A stretch of DNA of 32,000 bases from Pseudoalteromonas translucida KMM 520 (GCF_001465295.1 NZ_CP011035.1:30001-62000); one strand, 5' to 3'. Positions 8,857-16,825 are shown, counted from the stretch's first letter. Numbers and translations: made by a program. Notes: a model not told the origin generated them from the sequence alone.

Positions 8857-9188
8857 TGGAGTTATTACAATTTAGCCTCTGTTTGCTGGCTTTTAACGTG
8901 TTTGCGTTGGCAAAATTTAATCATTTTAAAGATGTTTTTAAAAAACGGCCGACTAATTTGCAAAGAAAATACCTCCTAGCTACTGCTTGGATCAGTATTT
9001 TACTAAGTCTGCTCCTTTGCGTGAATGATCAAGGTGGTTATGGTGCGTTGCTTTTTTGTGGTTATATGTCGTTAAGTGCTTTAATTATAATGGTTTTTTA
9101 TAACTTCATAACTCAGTTTGTTAAAGTTTTTAGTGTGTTAAATTTAGTTATAACAGCCTTAACTACTTTATTTTTAGTATTAAACTAG
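8853..9188 (+). CDS. Small membrane protein, third gene of the PepSY-TM operon (DUF3325-like by size and position)
   Basis: The 111-aa product has about 4 hydrophobic helices. Its start overlaps the PepSY stop (ATGA at 8853-8856). Confidence 0.65.
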   Translation: MMELLQFSLCLLAFNVFALAKFNHFKDVFKKRPTNLQRKYLLATAWISILLSLLLCVNDQGGYGALLFCGYMSLSALIIMVFYNFITQFVKVFSVLNLVITALTTLFLVLN

Positions 9189-9245
9189 GCTAAGTTAGTA
9201 AAATACTGATCTGCTAATGTAGTTTTAAATAAGTAGTAAAAAACT

Positions 9246-9274
9246 AAAAAGGTAAGCTTATTGCTTACCTTTTT
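9246..9274. terminator. Bidirectional rho-independent terminator (PepSY operon and blc are convergent)
   Basis: The sequence aaaaaGGTAAGCttattGCTTACCttttt has a 7-bp stem flanked by an A-run and a T-run. Confidence 0.8.
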
Positions 9275-9351
9275 AGTTATAGCGAGTATGAAGTTTAAAG
9301 AATTATTACAATTGCTTTTACGGTATTATTTACTGTAAACCCCCTTTACAT

Positions 9352-9876
9352 TTATTTTTGCTTAACCCAAATAATTTGCTCAGTAATAAAGCCTAAGTCT
9401 TTAACTGTTTTTAAAAAGTGCTCTTTTAACTCATCGCTTACCTGTGGCGTGCGTGATAAAAACCATAAGTAATCTTTGTTATAACTCGTTATAAATGCAT
9501 AGTGGTAATCAGCTTGCTCAAGTTCAAAAATAACGTAAGCCCCATAAAATGGACCAAAAAACGATACTTTAAAATGTCCTATGTCAGAATCCCCAACAAA
9601 TTTTGCAAGGCCTTCAGCATTCTTCCATTGTTGTTCTTTAGTAATGTAGCCCTTATTAATTACCTTTACAGTGCCATCGTCATTAATAGTATAGTTAGCA
9701 GTAACCTGCTCCATACCCTCTTCGAACGAATGATTTAGCCGCGCTATTTCGTACCATTTACCTTGATACTTTTGTAAGTCAAAGTTTTTAACCGCAGTGA
9801 TCCCTTCTGGCGGACTAGTACATGCACTGAGTAAAAATAGTGTAATGATGAGAAAAAAATATTTTATTTTGTTCAT
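9352..9876 (-). CDS. blc: Outer-membrane lipocalin Blc
   Basis: The 174-aa product has a lipoprotein signal peptide with lipobox LLSAC. The motifs YQGKWYEIARLNHSFE, KVSFFGPFYGAYVIFEL and DYLWFLSRTP are colinear with E. coli Blc. Confidence 0.93.
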   Translation of the reverse strand: MNKIKYFFLIITLFLLSACTSPPEGITAVKNFDLQKYQGKWYEIARLNHSFEEGMEQVTANYTINDDGTVKVINKGYITKEQQWKNAEGLAKFVGDSDIGHFKVSFFGPFYGAYVIFELEQADYHYAFITSYNKDYLWFLSRTPQVSDELKEHFLKTVKDLGFITEQIIWVKQK

Positions 9877-9995
9877 TTAAGCTCCTTTTTGAGTGGTTAT
9901 TAATATTACGTAATAGCTATCATAAAGTTTGCTAGCCGATTAAAAAAAATTGCTATAGGATCAATTAAATACTAGAGCAATTTAAAGATTTAATC

Positions 9996-10451
9996 ATGAA
10001 AATTTGGGTAGATGCAGACGCGTGTCCAGTGGTTATCAAAGAAATACTTTTTAGGGCCGCAGAGCGCACACAAACCGAAACCATATTAGTGGCTAATCAT
10101 GCCATGCGTATCCCGCCATCAAAATATATTAGCCGCCTACAAGTGTCTTCGGGTTTTGATGTAGCTGATGACGAAATAGTAAAACGTATTGCCAAAGGTG
10201 ACTTAGTGATCACTGGCGATATTCCACTGGCCAGTGAAGTAATTGATAACGGCGGGCAAGCACTCAACCCGCGTGGCGAGCTTTATACCACCGAGAATAT
10301 TCGCTCAATACTTAATGTACGCGATTTTATGGATACCATGCGCTCAAGTGGCGTAGAAATGAGTGGTGGGCCGCCGCCGCTTAGCCAAACTGATCGCCAA
10401 AACTTTGCTAATAATCTCGATCGTATTTTAGCGCAAAACAAGGCAAGCTAA
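9996..10451 (+). CDS. yaiI: YaiI/YqxD family protein (UPF0178)
   Basis: [24 protein letters not shown]...[10 protein letters not shown]...[12 protein letters not shown]...LNPRGE...[11 protein letters not shown] is colinear with E. coli YaiI. Confidence 0.92.
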   Translation: MKIWVDADACPVVIKEILFRAAERTQTETILVANHAMRIPPSKYISRLQVSSGFDVADDEIVKRIAKGDLVITGDIPLASEVIDNGGQALNPRGELYTTENIRSILNVRDFMDTMRSSGVEMSGGPPPLSQTDRQNFANNLDRILAQNKAS

Positions 10452-10452
10452 T

Positions 10453-11010
10453 TTGAGCAAGCACTTAATTGGTTTAGGTGACGAGCAATTTAACGTGGCG
10501 GTGTACGTAGCAAAAGCGCCGTCAATGCCCTATTTCGAAACGCTAAACAGCCTTGAACCCGTTATTAATGAGCAAATAAATACTATAAACCAACATTGCG
10601 GTAATGGTTGGCGAAAAGTGTTTAACGTATACGCTAAAGTATTATTTGCTCTACCTAGCGAGCATTACTCATTTGCTAAACAAGCGCCTACTTGGCAGCA
10701 ATATCGCGATGAATTTTTACTGCAAAAAAACAGTAAAACCGCCCTACTGTTTAGCGCGCCTAATCTTACTTCTGCAGATAAAGCTTCTAGCAATAAAAAC
10801 CAACTGCACATAATTGCCGGACGCACCCACGCTAAAAACTTACTCCAACAAGGTAAGCTTAATGCGCAATTTGATTGGCTCAACGACGAGTTTGCAATAG
10901 ATACAGCCAACAATATTATTGTATGCCCGTATTTTGATTACAGACAACTAAGCAATATAAAAATTGCACGACTGAGCGAGCTTGTCGCGCAACTTAAAAG
11001 TAGTTTATAA
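10453..11010 (+). CDS. Hypothetical protein, apparently translationally coupled to yaiI
   Basis: The 185-aa ORF starts at a TTG 1 nt after the yaiI stop, with AAGG about 9 nt upstream. The next in-frame ATG is at 10525. I recognise no motif. Its codon usage resembles that of its neighbours. Confidence 0.55.
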   Translation: MSKHLIGLGDEQFNVAVYVAKAPSMPYFETLNSLEPVINEQINTINQHCGNGWRKVFNVYAKVLFALPSEHYSFAKQAPTWQQYRDEFLLQKNSKTALLFSAPNLTSADKASSNKNQLHIIAGRTHAKNLLQQGKLNAQFDWLNDEFAIDTANNIIVCPYFDYRQLSNIKIARLSELVAQLKSSL

Positions 11011-11051
11011 GAGCTACAAACACTTCAAAAAATAGTACAAGGAACAGTGTT

Positions 11052-11189
11052 ATGGCTGGAACTTTAGCTATAAACGAATTATTAAAATCAATGCAGCCAG
11101 AGCTTAAACAAGGCGAATATATATTTTGCTGTTTTACTTTTAAAGATGACACCCATCCTAACATTTGCAATATCAGCATGATTAACTAA
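11052..11189 (+). pseudogene. Possible 5' fragment of a small ACT-domain-like gene truncated at the transposase unit
   Basis: The 45-codon ORF encodes MAGTLAINELLKSMQPELKQGEYIFCCFTFKDD... Its N-terminus resembles, from memory, the N-terminus of small ACT-domain proteins of about 130 aa. The frame runs into the left inverted motif (11146-11156) and stops soon after. No continuation exists in any frame downstream of 12423. Confidence 0.3.
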
Positions 11190-11224
11190 GCTCTAGCTAG
11201 TACGATAATTAAGCAAGGTGTCAC

Positions 11225-12199
11225 ATGGCTATTGCAAGAAAACGTCAGGTAAGTTTGGTCGATACAAAATACTATCACTGTATTTCGCGCTGTGTACGCC
11301 GTGCATTCTTATGCGGCGTAGATCATTTTACTAATCAATCGTATGAGCATCGCAGAGGCTGGGTTGAAAGTAAATTACTTGCCCTCGCTAAGGTGTTTTG
11401 TATTGATGTGTGTGCGTATGCAGTAATGAGCAACCACACCCACTTAGTACTCTATGTTGATGATAAAAAAGCCAAGCGACTAACCGATAAAGCCATTATT
11501 CAGCGATGGCACAGGCTTTGTAAAGGCACCGTACTCACCAACAAATACTTACAAGGTGAAGAGCTAAGTAAAATTGAACTGCTCTTTCTACATGAAACAA
11601 TCAGTGAGTATCGAGAACGCTTAGCTAATATCAGTTGGTTTATGCGCTTATTAAACGAAGATATTGCGCGCAGAGCTAATAAAGAAGATAACTGCACCGG
11701 ACGGTTTTGGGAGGGACGCTTTAAATCACAAGCCCTCTTAGATGAAGCCGCATTAATCGCCTGTATGGCGTATGTAGATTTAAACCCAATAAGAGCAAAG
11801 GCAGCAACAACGCCAGAAACATCGGACCATACCAGTGTAAAAATACGCATCCAAAGTGCCACTGCGGGTAAGCAACCGAAGCAACTCCTACGCTTTTCAG
11901 GTAAACCCAAAAAGCACATGGCCAAAGGGTTACCGTTTGAGCTTAAATCTTACCTTGAATTAGTAGAATTAACTGGGCGTTGTATATGTGAAGACAAGAA
12001 AGGCCATATTGAAAATACCACTTTACCCCTGTTACAAAGAGTAAACATTACCTCCGAAAACTGGTTAAAACTCACCACGCAATTTAGTCGCGTATTTCAT
12101 GGCGCAGTAGGTCGCCCAGCGTCACACGAAGGATACTGTGAACACCTAAACAGAAAGCGGCGCGCCAACGTTAGTAACTGCGAAAAGCTACTGGCTTAA
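11225..12199 (+). CDS. HUH / Y1 tyrosine transposase (IS200-like, REP-associated tyrosine transposase-like)
   Basis: The 324-aa product has the HUH motif in AVMSNHTHLVLYV, the RAYT-like GRFWEGRFKSQALLDE, and a catalytic-Tyr helix motif AYVDLNPIRAKA. An insertion of about 60 aa lies between the HUH and Tyr motifs. Confidence 0.85.
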   Translation: MAIARKRQVSLVDTKYYHCISRCVRRAFLCGVDHFTNQSYEHRRGWVESKLLALAKVFCIDVCAYAVMSNHTHLVLYVDDKKAKRLTDKAIIQRWHRLCKGTVLTNKYLQGEELSKIELLFLHETISEYRERLANISWFMRLLNEDIARRANKEDNCTGRFWEGRFKSQALLDEAALIACMAYVDLNPIRAKAATTPETSDHTSVKIRIQSATAGKQPKQLLRFSGKPKKHMAKGLPFELKSYLELVELTGRCICEDKKGHIENTTLPLLQRVNITSENWLKLTTQFSRVFHGAVGRPASHEGYCEHLNRKRRANVSNCEKLLA

Positions 12200-12387
12200 A
12201 GCGTTACTTCACAAATTATCCGTTATTCCCCCTCACTGTGAAAACAGAGTATTTCGCATGCCTAAAAATGAATAAAAGCAGCGTTATTTGAATATTATTT
12301 AAATAAGCAGAGAGATTGTTAAAGCTAATAGGGTTTTAAGCTCAGCAATGTTTAATTAGATAAACATCAAAGGGATTAATCATTAGA

Positions 12388-12423
12388 ATGGGTGTCATTT
12401 TAATTATGGGTGTCATTTTAATT
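12388..12423 (+). repeat. Perfect 18-bp tandem duplication ATGGGTGTCATTTTAATT x2
   Basis: Direct reading shows 12388-12405 and 12406-12423 are identical. The repeat lies 190 nt downstream of the transposase stop. Confidence 0.95.
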
Positions 12424-12636
12424 ACTGACAGAGGTTGGTTAGGCTAGCTTGGCTTTAAATGTTAAGTGAGGGCTATTTTAAGTTGATACAGCAATAATCT
12501 GAAGTGATGGTGACATTCGCCCGTTGGGTGGTGCTTCGCTTAACTGACCTGCGTTTTATGATGCTATTACCCTAAAAGTTTTATTAAAAAGGTCTAATAT
12601 CCGCTTTATTTTTTATTACAAATAATAACTCTCGAA

Positions 12637-13518
12637 TTACTCAACCACCAACTTTGATACTACCCATTTATGCAGCGGGTTTTTACTGTAGCGCGGATGC
12701 CACGCAGCTATTACGTCAAACGGGGCGGGTAATTGCTGCAAATCAATTTTTATAAGCTCTGAGCTTACCGCACGTGAGGGTAAAAATGCGATGGAGTCGG
12801 TAGTTTCTAGGTACATAGGTACAATAGAAAAACATGGCGCCGATACCACTACGTTACGCGTTAAATTAAAGCTTTTAAACCAATCGTCAATAGAACCTTT
12901 AAAATTTGGGCGGGAAGGCGAGGCAATAATACTTGGATAACTGGCGATTTCAGCAAGGCTTGGCTTAGTACCTGCTATTGAAGAGTTAGGTGATGTAACG
13001 CAAATGTGTTGCTCTTCAAACAATTTAATAATGGGATAAGTACTTGGAATATAGTCAGGAAATGCAATAGCTAGGTTTACTTTGCCGCTTTCCATTAGAT
13101 CGTGCAGGCTGTCTAGTTCGAAGTCTCTTATTATTAGCTTTAAATTTGGCGCTTGTGCCCGAAGTGCTTTAACTAATGCTGGTAAAACAACTTGTTGTGC
13201 ATAGTCAGTAGCGGCTATTACGAAGGTGCCGTTAACTGTTTTTGGATCAAACACTTTAGGCGCAAGCAGTGCCTGAAAGTCGTTTAATAGTTTGTCTATA
13301 TCTACCGACAGTTCTTCAGCGTAGGGTGTGGGCACAAAGCCATTGGTTTTTCTTAAAAACAAATGATCGTCAAATACATCGCGTAGCTTTTTTAGTTGCT
13401 CACTCACTGCTTGTTGGGTTAAGCCCAATTTATTCGCTGCTTTTGAGGCGTTTTTCTCGCGAATGAGCGCTTGGAAAATACGCAATTGTTTTATATCTAA
13501 TCGGTCTAACTTGCTCAT
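12637..13518 (-). CDS. LysR-family transcriptional regulator
   Basis: The 293-aa product has an N-terminal wHTH (LRIFQALIREKNASKAANKLGLTQQAVSEQLKKLRDVF) and a C-terminal LysR substrate-binding domain. It is divergent from an SDR gene. Confidence 0.92.
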   Translation of the reverse strand: MSKLDRLDIKQLRIFQALIREKNASKAANKLGLTQQAVSEQLKKLRDVFDDHLFLRKTNGFVPTPYAEELSVDIDKLLNDFQALLAPKVFDPKTVNGTFVIAATDYAQQVVLPALVKALRAQAPNLKLIIRDFELDSLHDLMESGKVNLAIAFPDYIPSTYPIIKLFEEQHICVTSPNSSIAGTKPSLAEIASYPSIIASPSRPNFKGSIDDWFKSFNLTRNVVVSAPCFSIVPMYLETTDSIAFLPSRAVSSELIKIDLQQLPAPFDVIAAWHPRYSKNPLHKWVVSKLVVE

Positions 13519-13535
13519 ACTGCTGCCAGTGTTGT

Positions 13536-13553
13536 TTAAGTAATAATACTTAA
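13536..13553. promoter_or_regulatory. Palindrome TTAAGTA-N4-TACTTAA in the LysR/SDR divergent region (candidate LysR-type T-N11-A site)
   Basis: The outer 7 bp of ttaagtaataatacttaa form a perfect inverted repeat, and the sequence contains a T-N11-A arrangement. It lies 18 nt from the LysR start codon. Confidence 0.3.
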
Positions 13554-13670
13554 CTTAGCACATAACCAAATTATCTTGTATCACTTACATAAAAGGGTTG
13601 TTTCTAATTGTTGAGATACCCCCTTACTATGCTCCTACACACTAAAGTGAACAAATGATTGGAGCAAACA

Positions 13671-14276
13671 ATGAAAACAGTAATTTTAATAGGCGCGCTA
13701 GGAAAAATGGGTCAAGCGGCATTAACCGGTTTATCTAAGCATAAAGTAATTACAGCAGGTCGCTCTGGCGATGTAGACCATATTGTTGATATTACCAGCG
13801 AGCAATCAATTACTGAGCTGTATGAAAAAGTAGGCCATTTTGATGCCGTAGTTAATACCGTAGGTTTATGTGAGTACGAAACGTTCGCAGATATGAGCGA
13901 AGCCCAGTGGATGAGCACTATTATGAGCAAAATGATGGGGCAAATTAACCTTGTACGCATTGGCCAAAAGTACATTGCTGCTGGCGGTTCATTTACATTA
14001 ATTAGCGGTATTTTAAACGTTAAGCCTATTCCGTTTGCGATTGCTGATGCAACAACCAGCGGCGCAATAGATACGTTTGTTAAATGCGTATCGCTTGAAA
14101 TGCCACGTGGTACACGTATTAATGTTGTTAACCCTACCGTACTTGAAGAAGCATGGGACGTATACGGCGAAATGATGCCAGGTTTTCAGCCAGTACCAAG
14201 CAAACTTGTAGGTAAAGCGTTTGAGCGTTCGGTTGATGGTTTTATTACTGGCGAAGTTATTTTTGTTGATGCTTAA
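13671..14276 (+). CDS. Short (about 200 aa) NAD(P)-binding SDR-like dehydrogenase
   Basis: The product begins MKTVILIGALGKMGQAAL (Rossmann Gly motif). I take the ATG at 13671, which has GGAG 6 nt upstream, rather than the TTG at 13659. It is divergent from the LysR regulator. Confidence 0.8.
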   Translation: MKTVILIGALGKMGQAALTGLSKHKVITAGRSGDVDHIVDITSEQSITELYEKVGHFDAVVNTVGLCEYETFADMSEAQWMSTIMSKMMGQINLVRIGQKYIAAGGSFTLISGILNVKPIPFAIADATTSGAIDTFVKCVSLEMPRGTRINVVNPTVLEEAWDVYGEMMPGFQPVPSKLVGKAFERSVDGFITGEVIFVDA

Positions 14277-14302
14277 CGGCTCATAATTAAAGCCTAATTG
14301 GT

Positions 14303-14326
14303 AGCCTGAAAATAATTATTCAGGCT
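14303..14326 (+). terminator. Hairpin after the SDR gene (weak terminator candidate)
   Basis: AGCCTGAAaataattaTTCAGGCT has an 8-bp stem, but no clean T-run follows. Confidence 0.4.
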
Positions 14327-14366
14327 GCTTATAAACCGACTATATAAGCCTTTTGAGAGTAAGCAA

Positions 14367-14555
14367 ATGAAAAAATATATACTGATAATAATTTCGACAC
14401 TAAGTACAGTCGCACTTTCTGGCTGCAGTAATGTGCCAGCAAGTAATATAAATAATGTTGTTGAAAGTGCTACTAATACAAAACAAGTATGTAAAAGAGT
14501 ACCTAGGCATAAAACATATATTAATATTTGTAAGCCAGTAACTAAGCTTAATTGA
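14367..14555 (+). CDS. Small putative lipoprotein
   Basis: The 62-aa product begins MKKYILIIISTLSTVALSGC, a signal peptide with a lipobox (LSGC). GAGAG lies upstream of the ATG. Confidence 0.55.
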   Translation: MKKYILIIISTLSTVALSGCSNVPASNINNVVESATNTKQVCKRVPRHKTYINICKPVTKLN

Positions 14556-14732
14556 GAAGTGTTGCTGGCTGAATAGTTTGCTTTAAAATAGCGTATGTAT
14601 CTGGTTTGTTTATATTTTTGCTTACAGAGTTAAAGCTTAATGAATACCCTTAATACTTGAGAATTAAATTTTTATGAAGTGTAAATTACATGCTTATGTA
14701 GCAAAGTGGTTGATGCATATAATATTAGTAAT

Positions 14733-14782
14733 AAAAAAAGCTTAAGTGGTGTTTAAAGTACTACTTAGGCTTTATTTGTTTT
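14733..14782 (+). terminator. Intrinsic terminator candidate in the 240-bp gap before the LysE gene
   Basis: The sequence aaaaaaAGCTTAAGTGGtgtttaaagtaCTACTTAGGCTttatttgtttt has an 11-bp stem containing two G.U pairs when read on the + strand (these become A.C mismatches on the - strand), followed by a T-rich tail. Confidence 0.45.
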
Positions 14783-14794
14783 ATGAAGCGTATA

Positions 14795-15439
14795 TTACTG
14801 TAAGTGTACTAGTAGCTTTTGCGCGCTATCAAATAGCATTAAAGAGCCTAAAATAAATAATATAATGGCTGAAAGTCGACCAAATTTAATCGCAAGTGCC
14901 GGGTTATTGCTTAATATTTTTCGGGCGCTAACACCAATAAACCAATATACAAAGCCACAGCCAATTAAATGAATTACGCTTAATACTAACAGCTGCTCGG
15001 TGATCGAAAATGAAAAAGTCGGAAATACGAATTGTGGTAATAACGCTAAAAATAACAGCATTACTTTAGGGTTTAAACCGCTAATAATAAAGCCCTTCTT
15101 CATCCACTTTAATGATGTTTTGCCTAATTCGCTAGCAGCGCCGTTATATACTGCAGGTACTGGTGGGTTTTTATAAAGCGAAACCGCGATCCAAACAACA
15201 TACAGTGCGCCAAATAAGGTTAAAAATTTCATTAACATCACATGTGAAGCTAAAATAGCACCCAATCCTACTACTACAATCAACGCGGCAATAAGGTGGC
15301 CTAACAAGAGTCCTGAAACCGCCGGAATAATTTTATCTCCCGCAATTCCTGCGCTTATGGTATACGCCCAATCAGCACCTGGAGTAAGTACAAACAATAT
15401 CGACACCAGCCAAAAAGAAAAAATAACATTAATATCCAT
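14795..15439 (-). CDS. LysE/RhtB-family amino-acid exporter
   Basis: The N-terminus MDINVIFSFWLVSILFVLTPGADWAY is typical (the ..PGP/A.. motif), with about 6 TM segments. I take the ATG at 15439; the ORF track extends it by two TTG codons to 15445. It is divergent from an Lrp/AsnC regulator. Confidence 0.88.
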   Translation of the reverse strand: MDINVIFSFWLVSILFVLTPGADWAYTISAGIAGDKIIPAVSGLLLGHLIAALIVVVGLGAILASHVMLMKFLTLFGALYVVWIAVSLYKNPPVPAVYNGAASELGKTSLKWMKKGFIISGLNPKVMLLFLALLPQFVFPTFSFSITEQLLVLSVIHLIGCGFVYWFIGVSARKILSNNPALAIKFGRLSAIILFILGSLMLFDSAQKLLVHLQ

Positions 15440-15543
15440 CAACAATAACCTAAAATATTTGGGAGCTTATTTTATTGCTTTATTATGGGGAAAAAATACT
15501 ATATTTTACCTTATTAAACGCCATTATTAGGAAATAATTGGGT

Positions 15544-15996
15544 ATGGATAGCATAGATCGGAAAATTCTTGCTGAGTTGCAAGTTGATGGCCGGCTGACT
15601 CTTTCAGAACTTGCAGATCGCGTGGGGCTTAGTGTTTCGCCATGTCACCGTCGAGTTAAAGAATTAGAAAAAACCAAAGCAATTGTGGGCTACAGAACGG
15701 AGATCTCTCCAGAAAAAGTAGGGCTTAATTTTTCTGCGCTGGTTTTTATTACTATTAAAGAAGGTGATAAAGCATCGTTGGCTAAACTTGAACTGGCAGT
15801 TGAAGATATTCCACAAATAACTAATGCGCAGCGTTTGTTTGGTACACCTGATTATTTAATACATGTGGTGACGAGAGATTTAGGCGCGTTTCAAAAATTA
15901 TACGATGATAAACTGTCGGCGCTACCAGGCGTGCAACGCTTAACCTCAACCATTGTGATGAAAGATATTGTTCGAGCCCGAAATCTGCATTTTTAA
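15544..15996 (+). CDS. Lrp/AsnC-family transcriptional regulator
   Basis: The product begins MDSIDRKILAELQVDGRLTLSELADRVGLSVSPCHRRVKELEK (HTH) and has a C-terminal RAM/AsnC_trans_reg domain. The ATG at 15544 has AGGAA 10 nt upstream. Confidence 0.92.
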   Translation: MDSIDRKILAELQVDGRLTLSELADRVGLSVSPCHRRVKELEKTKAIVGYRTEISPEKVGLNFSALVFITIKEGDKASLAKLELAVEDIPQITNAQRLFGTPDYLIHVVTRDLGAFQKLYDDKLSALPGVQRLTSTIVMKDIVRARNLHF

Positions 15997-16010
15997 TTAT
16001 ATACCCCATT

Positions 16011-16040
16011 AAAAAGCCCTGCGCTAGGCGGGGCTGTTTA
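16011..16040. terminator. Rho-independent terminator after the Lrp/AsnC gene
   Basis: The sequence aaaaAGCCCTGCgctagGCGGGGCTgttta has an 8-bp GC-rich stem (one G.U pair) and a 5-nt loop. Confidence 0.6.
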
Positions 16041-16106
16041 ATATTTAAAGCTTAGCTACTAAGTGGTGTAGTTACTAAGTTAAGTAGTCGCTCAGTGTTA
16101 CGGTTA

Positions 16107-16766
16107 CTAAATTACATAACCGCTAAAACCTAGTGCTTTAAAGTACAGTTTAGGAATAGTGCTAAACCCACACTCATGCAGTAGCTCGCTAAAACGCATG
16201 CGATCTAACGGATAAAATTCATTTTCTAGGCTATGACGAATATGAGTTTGTCCGGCCTCACCTAAGCCTAGCTTTGCGCAAGTTAAAAGTTGCGCGTCAC
16301 GCTCAAATAAGGTTTCTGGGCGCATTAAATCAGCAATATACAGTGCCGCTTCTTTGTTCAGGCTTGCTTTAATGTTTTTAAGAATTTGCTTTTTATCGCC
16401 ATTATCTTCTACAAACTGTAGAACTAATAAGCATAAGGCTGCATCGGCTTTAGTTTTAAGTTTTTCTAAAGGTCCGCAATGTACAGTTACTCTATCGCTT
16501 ATTCCTTGCTCAGCAAACTTATCGCTAGCAACACTAAGCATGTCGTTTGAGGTATCTTGTGCGGTAAACTTCCATGTTGGATTAATGCTAGCTAATTCAA
16601 TTATCTCTTTGCCAGTTCCCGCCCCTACCACTAAAATATGTGCGTTATCTTTTAATGTGGCTTGCAGTTGCGCATTAGTTAGTTGATGCAATAACTCGTA
16701 GCCTGGTACTAGTCGCGTAATGCGGCTATCGTATTGTGTTGCTTGATCATCTGTAAATGTTGGCAT
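16107..16766 (-). CDS. Class I SAM-dependent methyltransferase (CmoA-like fold)
   Basis: Motif I is ILVVGAGTGKEIIEL, preceded by YDSRITRLVPGYELLHQL. I take the ATG at 16766 (MPTFTDD), which has AAGGAA upstream; the ORF track extension to 16790 is unlikely. Confidence 0.85.
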   Translation of the reverse strand: MPTFTDDQATQYDSRITRLVPGYELLHQLTNAQLQATLKDNAHILVVGAGTGKEIIELASINPTWKFTAQDTSNDMLSVASDKFAEQGISDRVTVHCGPLEKLKTKADAALCLLVLQFVEDNGDKKQILKNIKASLNKEAALYIADLMRPETLFERDAQLLTCAKLGLGEAGQTHIRHSLENEFYPLDRMRFSELLHECGFSTIPKLYFKALGFSGYVI

Positions 16767-16825
16767 TATTAGTTCCTTTATAGACCCCATGTTTTTTGGG
16801 GATCATAAATACAATGGGTGAAATT

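Larger units (their letters stand above)
11146..12423 (+). mobile_element. Putative minimal IS200/IS605-like or RAYT-type unit: a Y1 transposase gene bracketed by inverted ATGACACCCAT / ATGGGTGTCAT motifs
   Basis: ATGACACCCAT at 11146-11156 is the reverse complement of ATGGGTGTCAT at 12388-12398, which recurs at 12406-12416. Each motif can form a 4-bp stem with a 5-nt loop (gatgACACCcatc, aatgGGTGTcatt). A related GGTGTCACATGG overlaps the transposase start codon. The boundaries are inferred, not proven. Confidence 0.4.

Noticed and set aside
10994-11179. The 61-aa - strand ORF between the unknown 185-aa gene and the transposase.
   Set aside because: It overlaps the more plausible + strand ACT-like fragment and the end of the 185-aa ORF. 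It is hydrophobic and low in complexity, with no start context.
12388-12423. The 18-bp perfect direct repeat as a possible CRISPR remnant.
   Set aside because: There are only two units, they are directly abutting with no spacer, there are no cas genes, and the unit is far shorter than a CRISPR repeat. It is better explained as a duplicated transposon or REP end.
14674-14745. A 23-codon ORF (MKCKLHAYVAKWLMHIILVIKKA) in the lipoprotein/LysE gap.
   Set aside because: It is too short, has no SD, and cannot be supported from the sequence alone.
16813-16825. Recurrence of AATGGGT (16813, 26075, 12387, 12405) as a possible dispersed REP linked to the Y1 transposase.
   Set aside because: A 7-mer is expected several times by chance in 32 kb on two strands, and the flanking bases do not extend the match convincingly. 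Only a genome-wide count could revive this idea.
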